Assembly (NCBI GenBank): GCA_007123195.1
Contig: SKLO01000508.1
Coordinates: 1-30,065 of the forward strand
DNA: 30,065 nt
Direction of reading: 5' to 3'
From: Verrucomicrobiales bacterium
Lineage (GTDB): Bacteria; Verrucomicrobiota; Verrucomicrobiia; Verrucomicrobiales; SKLO01
Position numbers and translations under genes: made by a program. This document shows, in pieces, positions 17,236-26,154 of this stretch. Below the pieces are notes generated by a model. It had not been told where the DNA came from, did not search any database, and saw nothing but the letters and a program-made list of their open reading frames with translations. Position 1 is the stretch's first letter; each line of letters starts with the position of its first letter.

Positions 17236-18318
17236 ATGAGCATGGAATCCGAACGTGACGAATTGAGATCGCTGATGGCGCAGGCCATCCGCATCGAGCT
17301 GACCACCATTCCGCCTTACGCCACCGCCGCCTACACCATCTGCGAGGTCGGCCAGTATGACCGCATCGCGCCGACCGAGGTCAATGCCGAACCGCTCGAG
17401 GTGATCCGCCAGGTCATGATCGAGGAGATGCTGCACATGACCCTGGCCGCCAACATCCTCAATGCGCTCGGCGGCAGCGTGATCCTCAACCAACCCTCCG
17501 CCATTCCATCCTATCCCTGCCGGCTGTTGCCCTCGGGCAAGGGGCCGGAAGTCCGGTTGCGACGGTTCAGCAGGGACCAGGTGCGGGTGTTCAGGGAAAT
17601 CGAGCGCGCGCCGGTGAACTTCGACAAGTTGAGCAACGGCGATTGCCTGCGGGCGGAGACCATCGGCGGCTTTTACCATTGCGTGAGAGAGAAACTGCGT
17701 GCCCTGTGCCGCACGCATCGGCCCGATCAGGTTTTTTGCGGCGACCCCGCCTGGCAGGTCGGGGCGGAACACTACTGGGGCGCCGGCGGCCAGGCCTTCG
17801 CCGTAACCGATGAGGCCAGCGCCCTGCGCGCCATCGACATGATCGTCGACGAAGGCGAGGGCGCTGATCTCGGCGGCAGGGCGGGGGACGGCGACCCGGT
17901 TCCGGGCACCGGCGAGGAAGACGTGGCCCACTTCTTCAAGTTCAATGAGATTCTCCTGTCGCGTTACTACCGCGCGGATGACCATCTCGGCTCGCCGCCC
18001 ACCGGGGCGGACCTCGCGGTCGACTGGAGCGCCGTGCACCCCATGCGCGACGATCCCAGGGCCGAGGACTTCGCCCATCTGCCCGAGGTGCACGCGCGCA
18101 TGCTGGCGTTTGATCAACTCTACACCGGCTTCCTGCTTGCCTTGCACGAGGCCTTCAACGGCCGGCCCGAGCGCCTGCGGGAGGCGGTTCCGGTGATGAT
18201 CAAACTGCGGCACGAAGCCATGGCCCTGGTGCGCATCCCGGTCAACGATCAGGGGGAAACCGCCGGCCCCGGCTGGACCTTCCGCCCCATATATTCCACA
18301 CCAGAGCGCGCCTCTTGA
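17236..18318 (+). CDS. Stand-alone ferritin-like protein of the VioB C-terminal-domain type
   Basis: AIRIELTTIPPY, IEEMLHMTLAANILNALGG, TIGGFY, IVDEGEG and AHFFKF follow the Pfam Ferritin-like (VioB-related) pattern. Confidence 0.8.
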   Translation: MSMESERDELRSLMAQAIRIELTTIPPYATAAYTICEVGQYDRIAPTEVNAEPLEVIRQVMIEEMLHMTLAANILNALGGSVILNQPSAIPSYPCRLLPSGKGPEVRLRRFSRDQVRVFREIERAPVNFDKLSNGDCLRAETIGGFYHCVREKLRALCRTHRPDQVFCGDPAWQVGAEHYWGAGGQAFAVTDEASALRAIDMIVDEGEGADLGGRAGDGDPVPGTGEEDVAHFFKFNEILLSRYYRADDHLGSPPTGADLAVDWSAVHPMRDDPRAEDFAHLPEVHARMLAFDQLYTGFLLALHEAFNGRPERLREAVPVMIKLRHEAMALVRIPVNDQGETAGPGWTFRPIYSTPERAS

Positions 18319-18480
18319 TGGCGCCATGACAGGCCGCGTCGGCCCACTGCCCACTTTCCTGCTGGCGAACCCGGTGCCACGGGCTAGCGTAGTGACCACT
18401 GCCCCGGTGCTTGTTGGATCAATCGATCGGGCTGGGTGAATACGTCGTCCTTGGCGGCGTGTTGCTGCACCATTGAGCCA

Positions 18481-18837
18481 ATGAACGGACTGCAATCCTA
18501 CATGAACCATGTCGCCGACGGCATCGCGTTGATCGGCGGCGCAGTGATCCTGCTGGGCACCCTGGTGGCGGTGGTCGGGTTGGTGCGCACCGAGATCGGG
18601 GCGTTGCGCGGCGGTCGCGTTCTCCGTCAGCGGCAGGTCCTGCGCCACCGGTTCGGCTATTACATCCTGCTCGGGCTGGAATTCCTCATCGCCGCCGATG
18701 TGATCCGCACCCTGATCCATCCCGGCATGGATGAACTGGTGACTCTGGGCGTGATCGTCGCCATCCGCACCGTCATCAGCCTGACGCTCAATTGGGAACT
18801 GACCCGCCGGCAGCGGGCGAGCGGGGACCCAACCTGA
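18481..18837 (+). CDS. DUF1622-like small membrane protein
   Basis: Hydrophobic helices with GYYILLGLEFLIAADVIRT and IVAIRTVISLTLNWE. Start uncertain (18481 or 18502). Confidence 0.8.
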   Translation: MNGLQSYMNHVADGIALIGGAVILLGTLVAVVGLVRTEIGALRGGRVLRQRQVLRHRFGYYILLGLEFLIAADVIRTLIHPGMDELVTLGVIVAIRTVISLTLNWELTRRQRASGDPT

Positions 18838-19046
18838 AACCTGATCGCAAATGGCGCGTGGCCATCGATTCCGGTGGTGATTCCCGTGCGCCCCGCACGA
18901 AAGAGATTGCCCGGTCAGATGGTTTTATGCGAGGTAAGGTCGCGTCGCTTATGAAAATCCCCGTCTCACCCCCCGCCAGGGACGGCCGCACGAACGTGCG
19001 TCCCGTCGATCGTTCAAATCGCGAACCAGGGCCCGTCGATGGCTAC

Positions 19047-21563
19047 ATGGGAGTTCGGTGGCGTGTCGGCGCGGCGGCCCTCGCCGCCGCCCTGCTGGGC
19101 TGGGCCGGTTCGGGCGCCCCATTGCCGGCGGGCGCCTCCCCGGGCCACGGTCACGGCGCTGGGCAGGCGGCGGCCACCCCGGCCGGCGGTCACGGCCACG
19201 GGGGCGGGCAAGCCGCCGATCGCGAGGCAATCACCCGGCTCTACGACATCGTGTCGATGCAGGACGGTGACTGGTCGGCGGAGGGCACCTGGATGCCGGC
19301 CCGCCTGCCCGAGGAGGGCGACCGCGTGTTCATCAGCCCCGGCACCACGGTCACCTATGACCGCCACGACCAGGCGGTGTTCCGCGCCATCCGGGTGTCC
19401 GGGCGGCTGACGTTCGCCCGCGATCGCGACACCGAACTGCACGTCGGCGACCTGCGGGTGCAGCCGGGCCTGACACCGGAGGCCGGGGTCGATGACATCG
19501 ACGACCACGATCATGCGCACGACCAGCGGCATCAGGGCGCCGAGGGGGTGCTGGAGGTGGGTTCCGCGCATGAGCCGATTCCGCGCGACGTCAGCGCGCG
19601 CATCGTGCTGCACCACGTCGAGGGCGCCAACCCCGACAACAGCCCCGCCATCATCGCCCGGCCGGGCGGGCGCATGGAGTTTCACGGCCATCCGCTGCAG
19701 CGCACCTGGTGGAAACTGGCGGCCGACACCGCCATCGGCGACACCTCGGTGCTGGTGGACGGCGAGGTCGGCGACTGGCAGGAGGGCGACGAGATCATCA
19801 TCACCGGTGCGATCTACTCGCGCAGCGGCGATTACCCGACCGAGGAACGCGTGATCAGCCGCATCGAGGGCCGCCGCATCCACTTCGAGGGCGGCTTGGA
19901 GCAGGATCACCTTGGCGAGGGCGAATTCCGCTCCGAGGTGGCCAACCTGTCGCGCAACGTGATCATCGAGAGCGCCGACCCCGACGGCGTGCGCGGCCAC
20001 ACCATGTATCACTGGGACAGCGCCGGTTCCATCTCCTACGCCCGCTTTGCCCATCTCGGCAAGAAAGAGGTGCTCGGACGTTACCCGATCCACTTTCATC
20101 TGGTCCGCGACACCATGCGCGGCTCGAGCGTCATCGGCGCCGCCATCGTCGATTCACACAACCGCTGGATGGCGATTCACGGCACCTACTATCTGGTGGT
20201 GCGTGATTGCGTCGGCTACCAGTCGATCGGGCACGGCTATTTCCTCGAGGACGGCACCGAGGTCTACAATCTGCTCGACCGCAACCTCGGGGTGCAGGCC
20301 TTCGCCGGGCGCCGGATGCGCGGCCAGGACCTGCCGTTCGATCCCAACGACGGCGCCGCCTTCTGGTGGGCCAACGGCTTGAACACGTTCACCCGCAACG
20401 TCGGCGTCGAATCCGAGGAATACGGGTTTCGCTACGACATGCAGCACACGCGGTCGTTCGACGCCAACCTCGACGTGCGCCAGCCGGACGGCAGCTACCA
20501 AACGGTCGACGTGCGCACGCTGCCGGTGTGGCGGTTTGAGGACAACGAGGCGCACGGCAACTTCGCCGGCATGGTGCTGGCGGGCAACGGCGGCAACCAG
20601 CCCGACGTTCCGATCCGCGACCAGCAGATGCTCGAGCGCATCGAGAGCATCGACTGGACCGGCCCCGACGAGCGAAATCCCCACATGATCCGCAACTTCA
20701 CCATCTGGGCCGCCCACTACGCGTTCCGTCCGCAGACTCCGTCGATGCTGGTGGAGAACCTGCGCATTCACGACGCGCCCTACGGTGTCTACCGGCCCGG
20801 CTTTGACCGCCATGTCTATCGCAACGTCCACCTCTCCAGCCTCGGACCCGAGCCGTTCAACCGCGGCATGGACGACTCCAGCGCCCAGACCGGCAGCTTC
20901 ACGGTCGATGGATTGAAGCTGGAGGACATGCGCAACAACAGCCAGGTCCATCCGCTGGTGCACATGGCCGACAACAACCTCTCCGGCACCGCCGAATGCC
21001 ACTTCCGCAATGTCGAACTGATCAACGTCGATCCCCGGCGCGTGGTGTTCAACCGCGGCGGCAGCGTGCGCGCCGACCCGATCGTTGATCGCGGGGTTCC
21101 GTTCTACATCCACGATCATTACGGTCCCGGCAGGCATGCACTGATTGTCAGCACCCGCGCCGCCGACCTGTATCCCGGCGGTGCCGGCAACGGCAATGGC
21201 AACGGGGCTTCGGGCTTCCACGAGGATCCGCCGCTCACCGGCGACGAATCGAGGGTCCGGGAAATCACCGACGTGACCTGGCCGGAACTGCTTGATCCGG
21301 TCGACAGCCTGCCGCCCGCCACCACCATCCTCGACGTTCGTGAACACGAGGGGCGGCTGGTGGTCCGTGGGGTTTCCCATGACAACGGCGACATCGTCGA
21401 GGTGCTGGTCAACGGGGCACGCGCGGAAATCCTCAGCCAGCAGGCCGGGGTGGCCGACTGGGTGATCGAACTCGACCCGCCGGCCGACGGCAAGCTCTCG
21501 GCGCTGGCGGTCGACGACAGCGGCAACCGCGAACTGACCCCGCATCAGCGCACCCTGCGCTGA
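19047..21563 (+). CDS. Secreted G8-domain / parallel beta-helix protein (TMEM2/CEMIP/fibrocystin-like architecture)
   Basis: Signal peptide from MGVRWR, G8-like Gly-rich beta region, LSRNVII, GRYPIHFH, HGT and GHGYFLEDG, plus a C-terminal Ig-like segment. Upstream ATGs in ORF 18792 are possible starts. Confidence 0.8.
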   Translation: MGVRWRVGAAALAAALLGWAGSGAPLPAGASPGHGHGAGQAAATPAGGHGHGGGQAADREAITRLYDIVSMQDGDWSAEGTWMPARLPEEGDRVFISPGTTVTYDRHDQAVFRAIRVSGRLTFARDRDTELHVGDLRVQPGLTPEAGVDDIDDHDHAHDQRHQGAEGVLEVGSAHEPIPRDVSARIVLHHVEGANPDNSPAIIARPGGRMEFHGHPLQRTWWKLAADTAIGDTSVLVDGEVGDWQEGDEIIITGAIYSRSGDYPTEERVISRIEGRRIHFEGGLEQDHLGEGEFRSEVANLSRNVIIESADPDGVRGHTMYHWDSAGSISYARFAHLGKKEVLGRYPIHFHLVRDTMRGSSVIGAAIVDSHNRWMAIHGTYYLVVRDCVGYQSIGHGYFLEDGTEVYNLLDRNLGVQAFAGRRMRGQDLPFDPNDGAAFWWANGLNTFTRNVGVESEEYGFRYDMQHTRSFDANLDVRQPDGSYQTVDVRTLPVWRFEDNEAHGNFAGMVLAGNGGNQPDVPIRDQQMLERIESIDWTGPDERNPHMIRNFTIWAAHYAFRPQTPSMLVENLRIHDAPYGVYRPGFDRHVYRNVHLSSLGPEPFNRGMDDSSAQTGSFTVDGLKLEDMRNNSQVHPLVHMADNNLSGTAECHFRNVELINVDPRRVVFNRGGSVRADPIVDRGVPFYIHDHYGPGRHALIVSTRAADLYPGGAGNGNGNGASGFHEDPPLTGDESRVREITDVTWPELLDPVDSLPPATTILDVREHEGRLVVRGVSHDNGDIVEVLVNGARAEILSQQAGVADWVIELDPPADGKLSALAVDDSGNRELTPHQRTLR

Positions 21564-21795
21564 GCGGGGACGGGGGTTGGAGAATCCGGAGTCACCTGCG
21601 TGAGCGGCGGCGACGGTGAGCGGGCCTTGTGCGTGGCACCAAAAGCTCCAATCCGCCTTTGATAAGCGCCTCGCCTTTGCCACCATCACCAAGCGCTGAC
21701 CACATCACCGTAGAAAAACCGCCCTGGCCCGACGAGAGGAAGCCCGGTCCGGGGCCGGACCAGCTGAAATGGCCGAGGCTCTTCCCGGGACCAGT

Positions 21796-22746
21796 TCAGG
21801 CGGCCTCGGTTCCAGCGCCGGCGGCGCCGGCGGGCCAGTGGTAGTTGCTCTGGCGCAGGAAGCCGTCGATGCGGATGGAACCGTCGTCGAACATCGACAC
21901 CAGCGAGGCGCCGCTGTTGTCGGCGCCGCTGCCCTCGACCATGGCGACCAGGGTGCAGTAGTGGATGCCGTCGAGCTGGCGGTAGTCGTTGCGATGGTTG
22001 TGGCCCTGGAGCACGGCGAGCACCTTGCCCGAGGCTGCCAGAGCGGCGCGCACGTCGCCGGCGTTGTTGACGAAGTGGGCGCCCTCGCCGTCGAGCCGCT
22101 GGTGGGCGAACACCACCACGGGCTTGCCGGTGCGCTCGAGGTCCTCACGCAGCCATCGGATCTGCGCGGCCGGGATGTTGGCGTCGGTCCAGACGTAGTT
22201 GCCGCGGCCGTAGGGGTCGCCGTCGCTGTTGTAGCAGGAGTCGAGCACCACAAAGTGGAATCCGCCCTGATCGAAGGAGTAATGGGGCGCGCGGGCGCCA
22301 CAGTTCTCCAGGAACTCGTCCTTGACCAGGGTGTCGATGCAGTGGTTGCCGAGCACGTAGTGGCGATCGCACGGCGCCTTGGCGAACACCTGCTCGACGG
22401 TGCGCAGGAAACCGATCTCCTGCTCGACGGTGTCGGTCTTGTCGATGAAGTCGCCCAGCTCGACGATGAAGCCGGGCTGCTTGTCCCGCAGGTGGTCGAG
22501 GGCGGCCTCGAGTTTGTCGAGCGCCTCGCGGTAGTGCCGGTTGCCGGCCGAAGGCTTGTCGGCGTAGTGGATGTCGGTCAGGGCGCCGAACACCAGCGCC
22601 GGAGGGCGGGCGGAGTCGGCCAGCACGCGCGGCAGGGTTCCGGCGGAGGCGGCGGCCAGGCCGCCGAGGACCAGACTGCCGCGGCGCAGCAGGGCGCGGC
22701 GGGTGAGGGGGACGGAAACGGCCGGAGGGGCTTGGCGTGGTGACAT
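21796..22746 (-). CDS. Tat-exported calcineurin-like metallophosphoesterase (ADP-ribose/CDP-alcohol diphosphatase-like)
   Basis: TRRALL twin-arginine motif. Metal motifs TDIH, LGDFID, GNH, FAHQ and GHNH. DIHYAD...RHYR resembles the ADPRibase-Mn N-terminus. Confidence 0.85.
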   Translation of the reverse strand: MSPRQAPPAVSVPLTRRALLRRGSLVLGGLAAASAGTLPRVLADSARPPALVFGALTDIHYADKPSAGNRHYREALDKLEAALDHLRDKQPGFIVELGDFIDKTDTVEQEIGFLRTVEQVFAKAPCDRHYVLGNHCIDTLVKDEFLENCGARAPHYSFDQGGFHFVVLDSCYNSDGDPYGRGNYVWTDANIPAAQIRWLREDLERTGKPVVVFAHQRLDGEGAHFVNNAGDVRAALAASGKVLAVLQGHNHRNDYRQLDGIHYCTLVAMVEGSGADNSGASLVSMFDDGSIRIDGFLRQSNYHWPAGAAGAGTEAA

Positions 22747-22917
22747 GATGGTGGTGGCTTGAGTTGGCCCGGGGCCGGTGGGATGGCGGGGTTGGCTGGC
22801 TGCGCTCCGGGCAACTTGCATCGCCGGGCCGTGGGCGCAAGTGACGGCCGTGTCACAGCGGGCAAATCACCCGGTTGGCGGTTGACTTCTGGCCGGGTTG
22901 CTGGTTCTGGTGTCGGC

Positions 22918-24180
22918 ATGAACCCCTGCGATTCCCGTTCCTGTTTCGACACCCCGCGTTGCTCAAGTGCTGCCGTGGTCTTTTGTCCGACCCGCCGCCG
23001 CCGCTGGAGGGGCGGCGCGTTGGCGGTTTCCATCGGCCTCGGTCTTTGCCTTGGGCTGGGCCTGGGTCCGGTTTCGACCGGCGCGGACGCGGCCGAAGAC
23101 GTGCAGCGCATGTATATCGGCACCTTCATGGACACCGGCAGCAAGGGCATTTACCAGGTGAACCTGGATCGTGAATCCGGCGCGCTGGAGCTGGTGGGGG
23201 TGGCGGCGGAGGTGGATCGGCCGGGCTTTCTGGCGGTGCATCCGAACGGCCGGTTCCTCTACTCGGTCACCGGCGGCCAGGCGTTCCGCGACCAGGGCGC
23301 GGGCGGGGTGGCGGCGTTCGCGATCGATGCCGACAGCGGCGAACTGACCTTGTTGAACGAGGTGTCGTCGCAGGGGCGCGGACCTTGTCATGTGAGCGTG
23401 GACCCGACCGGCAGCACGGTGATGGTGGCCAACTACGGCGGCGGCAACGTGGCGTCCTACCCGATCCAGGAGGACGGCTCGTTGGGCGAAGCGGTGTCGG
23501 TGGGGCAGCACGAGGGGCCATCGGAGGCCACCGACCGCCAGCGCGCGCCGCATGCGCACTCGATTTATCCCTCGCCGGGCGGCCGGTTCGCGGTGAGCGC
23601 GGATCTTGGCACCGACGAGGTGTGGATCTACCGGCTGAATCCGGCGGAGGGGGCGATGGAGCCCAACGATCCGCCGGTGGCGTCGCTGGCCCCGGGGGCC
23701 GGGCCGCGGCATCTGGCGTTTCATCCCGACGGCCAGCGCCTGTTCGCGCTCAACGAGCTGAACGGCACCCTGACCCTGTTTTCGTGGGACGAAGAGCGCG
23801 GCGTGCTGGAGGAGATCCGCACCGTGCCGACGCTGCCGCTGGGCTTTGACGAGCCGAACACCACGGCCGAGGTGGTGGTGCATCCGTCCGGGCGGTTTGT
23901 CTACGCCACCAACCGCGGCCACGACAGCGTGGCGATGTTCGCCTACAACCCGGCCACCGACGAGTTGGCGGCGCTGGGCCACGAGTCGACCCGCGGCGGG
24001 CATCCGCGAAACTTCAACATCGACCCGTCCGGGCAGTGGCTGATCGTGGCCAACCGCGACGGCGGGAATCTGGTGGTGTATGGGATCGATCCGCAGAGCG
24101 GGCGGCTGGAGTTCAGCGGTCACGAGCTGGAGATTCCGCAGCCGGTGTGCGTGACGTTCTGGAACGGGGTCGCCGATTGA
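22918..24180 (+). CDS. Lactonase family beta-propeller (6-phosphogluconolactonase/YkgB-like), probably exported
   Basis: MYIGT, GPCHVSVD, VANYGGGNV, PHAHS, ADLGTD, GPRHLAFHP, YATNRGHDS and PRNFNIDP, with a hydrophobic N-terminal segment. Start uncertain. Confidence 0.88.
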   Translation: MNPCDSRSCFDTPRCSSAAVVFCPTRRRRWRGGALAVSIGLGLCLGLGLGPVSTGADAAEDVQRMYIGTFMDTGSKGIYQVNLDRESGALELVGVAAEVDRPGFLAVHPNGRFLYSVTGGQAFRDQGAGGVAAFAIDADSGELTLLNEVSSQGRGPCHVSVDPTGSTVMVANYGGGNVASYPIQEDGSLGEAVSVGQHEGPSEATDRQRAPHAHSIYPSPGGRFAVSADLGTDEVWIYRLNPAEGAMEPNDPPVASLAPGAGPRHLAFHPDGQRLFALNELNGTLTLFSWDEERGVLEEIRTVPTLPLGFDEPNTTAEVVVHPSGRFVYATNRGHDSVAMFAYNPATDELAALGHESTRGGHPRNFNIDPSGQWLIVANRDGGNLVVYGIDPQSGRLEFSGHELEIPQPVCVTFWNGVAD

Positions 24181-24211
24181 CGCGGCCGGGCGGAACGGTG
24201 TAGGAACGGGC

Positions 24212-26152
24212 ATGAATCCCGAGACCACCCGTGAGTTCGCCCGTCTGCGCATGCTGCGGGATTTGTATCCCGACATCGACAGCGCGGTGGCGGCGGCGGC
24301 GGGTTGGCGCGCGAGCCTGACCCTGCCCAAGGGGGTGATCCACGTCATCTCCGACGTGCACGGTGACTTCAAGAAGCTGCGGCACGTGGTCAACAACGCC
24401 TCGGGGGCGCTGCGGCCGTTGGTGGAGTCGGTGTTCGAGCACCGGCTCGACGACGCCCAGGTGCGCGAGCTGCTGGCGGTGCTGTATTATCCGCAGGAGG
24501 CGATGAACCACTTCCTCGGGCTGGACGCGCCGGAGCAGGTGCGGCGGCCGTGGGTAATGACGATGTTGCGGCGGCAGTTCGAGCTGGTGCGGCGGCTGGC
24601 GCGCAATTACCCGCGCGCGGAGGTGTTTGCCAGGGTGCCCGACCCCCAGCGGACGCTGTTTGAGGAGCTGCTGGCCGAACCGATTACCGGCCGGCCGCCC
24701 GATTACGTGGAGGCGATGGTTGGTGAGCTGGTGGCATGGGAACGCGACCGGGACGCGGTGCGTTCGGCCTCGCGGCTGGTGCGCAATCTGGCGGTGGCGG
24801 AGATTCTGGTGGCCGGCGATCTGGGCGACCGCGGCCCGCGGATCGACCGGGTGATCGGGTTCCTGCGGCAGCAGCCGCGGGTGTCTCTGGTGTGGGGCAA
24901 CCACGACGTCACCTGGATGGGGGCCACGCTCGGCCAGCCGGCGTGCATCGCCACCGTGCTGCGGTTGTCGCTACGCTACCAGCGGCTGTGGCAGCTGGAG
25001 GAGGGCTACGGCATCACGTTGTCGCCGCTGGAGCGGCTGGTGGACGAGGTGTATCACGACGATCCCGCCGCGCGATTCATGCCGCACGGCAGCGGCCTGC
25101 GCGACGCGCTGCGGGTGGCGCGCATGCAGAAGGCGATGGCGATCATGGAGTTCAAGCTGACCGGGCAACTGATCGAGCAGCATCCCGAGTGGCGGATGGA
25201 CGATCGCAACCTGTTGCCACGGATCGATCTTGAGCGCGGCAGCATCGTGCTCGAAGGCGTGGAGCACGAGTTGCTCGATCGACATCTGCCGACGGTGGAT
25301 CCGGCGCGGCCGAACGAGTTGTCGGACGCCGAGCAGTTGTGCCTCGAGCGGCTGCAGGAGTCGTTCGTCGGCAGTGCGCGGCTTTGGGAGCACATGAAAT
25401 ACGTGGTCCGCCACGGGCGCATGGCGGTGGTGCGCGACCATGTGGCGGTGTTTCACGCCTGCGTGCCGGTGGATACGGAGGGGCACATGCTGGAGCTGGA
25501 GATCGACGGCCAGCCGGTGGCCGGGCGGGCGATGTTCGAGGCGTTCGACCGGGTGGTGCACCGCGCCTACCGCAAGACCTCGACGCGACGCGACCGGGAT
25601 GCCGACTGGTTCTGGTATCTGTGGGCCGGACCGCGCTCGCCGTTGTTCGGCAAGGACCGCATGACCACCTTCGAGCGCTATTTTGTGGCTGACAAAACCA
25701 CCCACAAGGAGACCAGGAACCCGTATTTCACCCTGCAGCACGACGCCGGGTTCTGCGACCGGATCGGTCGCGAACTGGGCGCGCGCGGCGAGGTGCTGAT
25801 CGTCAACGGCCACGTGCCGGTGAAGGTCGAGGATGGCGAGACGCCGCTGAAGCGCGGCGGCAACGCCATCACGATCGACGGCGCGTTCTCCGAGTCCTAC
25901 GGCGACCGTGGTTACACCCTGGTGCTGGGCATGGACCGGGTGGATCTGGCCGAGCACCATCACTTTGAATCGGTGGAGGAGGCGATCCGGCGGGACGCCG
26001 ACATCATGCCCGAGGTGACCACGATCCGCCGTTACGAGCGGCGGCGGCTGGTGGCCGACACGGAGGCGGGCGACCGGATCCGCGCGCGATTGGGGGAGCT
26101 GGAGAAGCTGATTGAGGCGTATCGTGAGGGATGGATTTGGGAATTGACCTAG
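24212..26152 (+). CDS. fbp: Fructose-1,6-bisphosphatase class III (Firmicute-type)
   Basis: LPKGVIHVISDVHG, GDLGDRGP, WGNHD, NGHVPVK..GETPLK and IDGAFSESY. Its 646-aa length is typical of the class. Confidence 0.85.
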   Translation: MNPETTREFARLRMLRDLYPDIDSAVAAAAGWRASLTLPKGVIHVISDVHGDFKKLRHVVNNASGALRPLVESVFEHRLDDAQVRELLAVLYYPQEAMNHFLGLDAPEQVRRPWVMTMLRRQFELVRRLARNYPRAEVFARVPDPQRTLFEELLAEPITGRPPDYVEAMVGELVAWERDRDAVRSASRLVRNLAVAEILVAGDLGDRGPRIDRVIGFLRQQPRVSLVWGNHDVTWMGATLGQPACIATVLRLSLRYQRLWQLEEGYGITLSPLERLVDEVYHDDPAARFMPHGSGLRDALRVARMQKAMAIMEFKLTGQLIEQHPEWRMDDRNLLPRIDLERGSIVLEGVEHELLDRHLPTVDPARPNELSDAEQLCLERLQESFVGSARLWEHMKYVVRHGRMAVVRDHVAVFHACVPVDTEGHMLELEIDGQPVAGRAMFEAFDRVVHRAYRKTSTRRDRDADWFWYLWAGPRSPLFGKDRMTTFERYFVADKTTHKETRNPYFTLQHDAGFCDRIGRELGARGEVLIVNGHVPVKVEDGETPLKRGGNAITIDGAFSESYGDRGYTLVLGMDRVDLAEHHHFESVEEAIRRDADIMPEVTTIRRYERRRLVADTEAGDRIRARLGELEKLIEAYREGWIWELT

Positions 26153-26154
26153 AC

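Noticed and set aside
21629-21844. 71-aa ORF and CGCCTTTG direct repeat (21654, 21672) in the convergent gap
   Set aside because: It has a weak start, no RBS or motif, and overlaps the phosphoesterase 3' end. A binding site between convergent genes has no obvious target.
22850-22900. GGCAAATCACC resembling the start of a c-di-GMP-I riboswitch
   Set aside because: No GNRA-capped P2 or downstream GCAAAG element is present.
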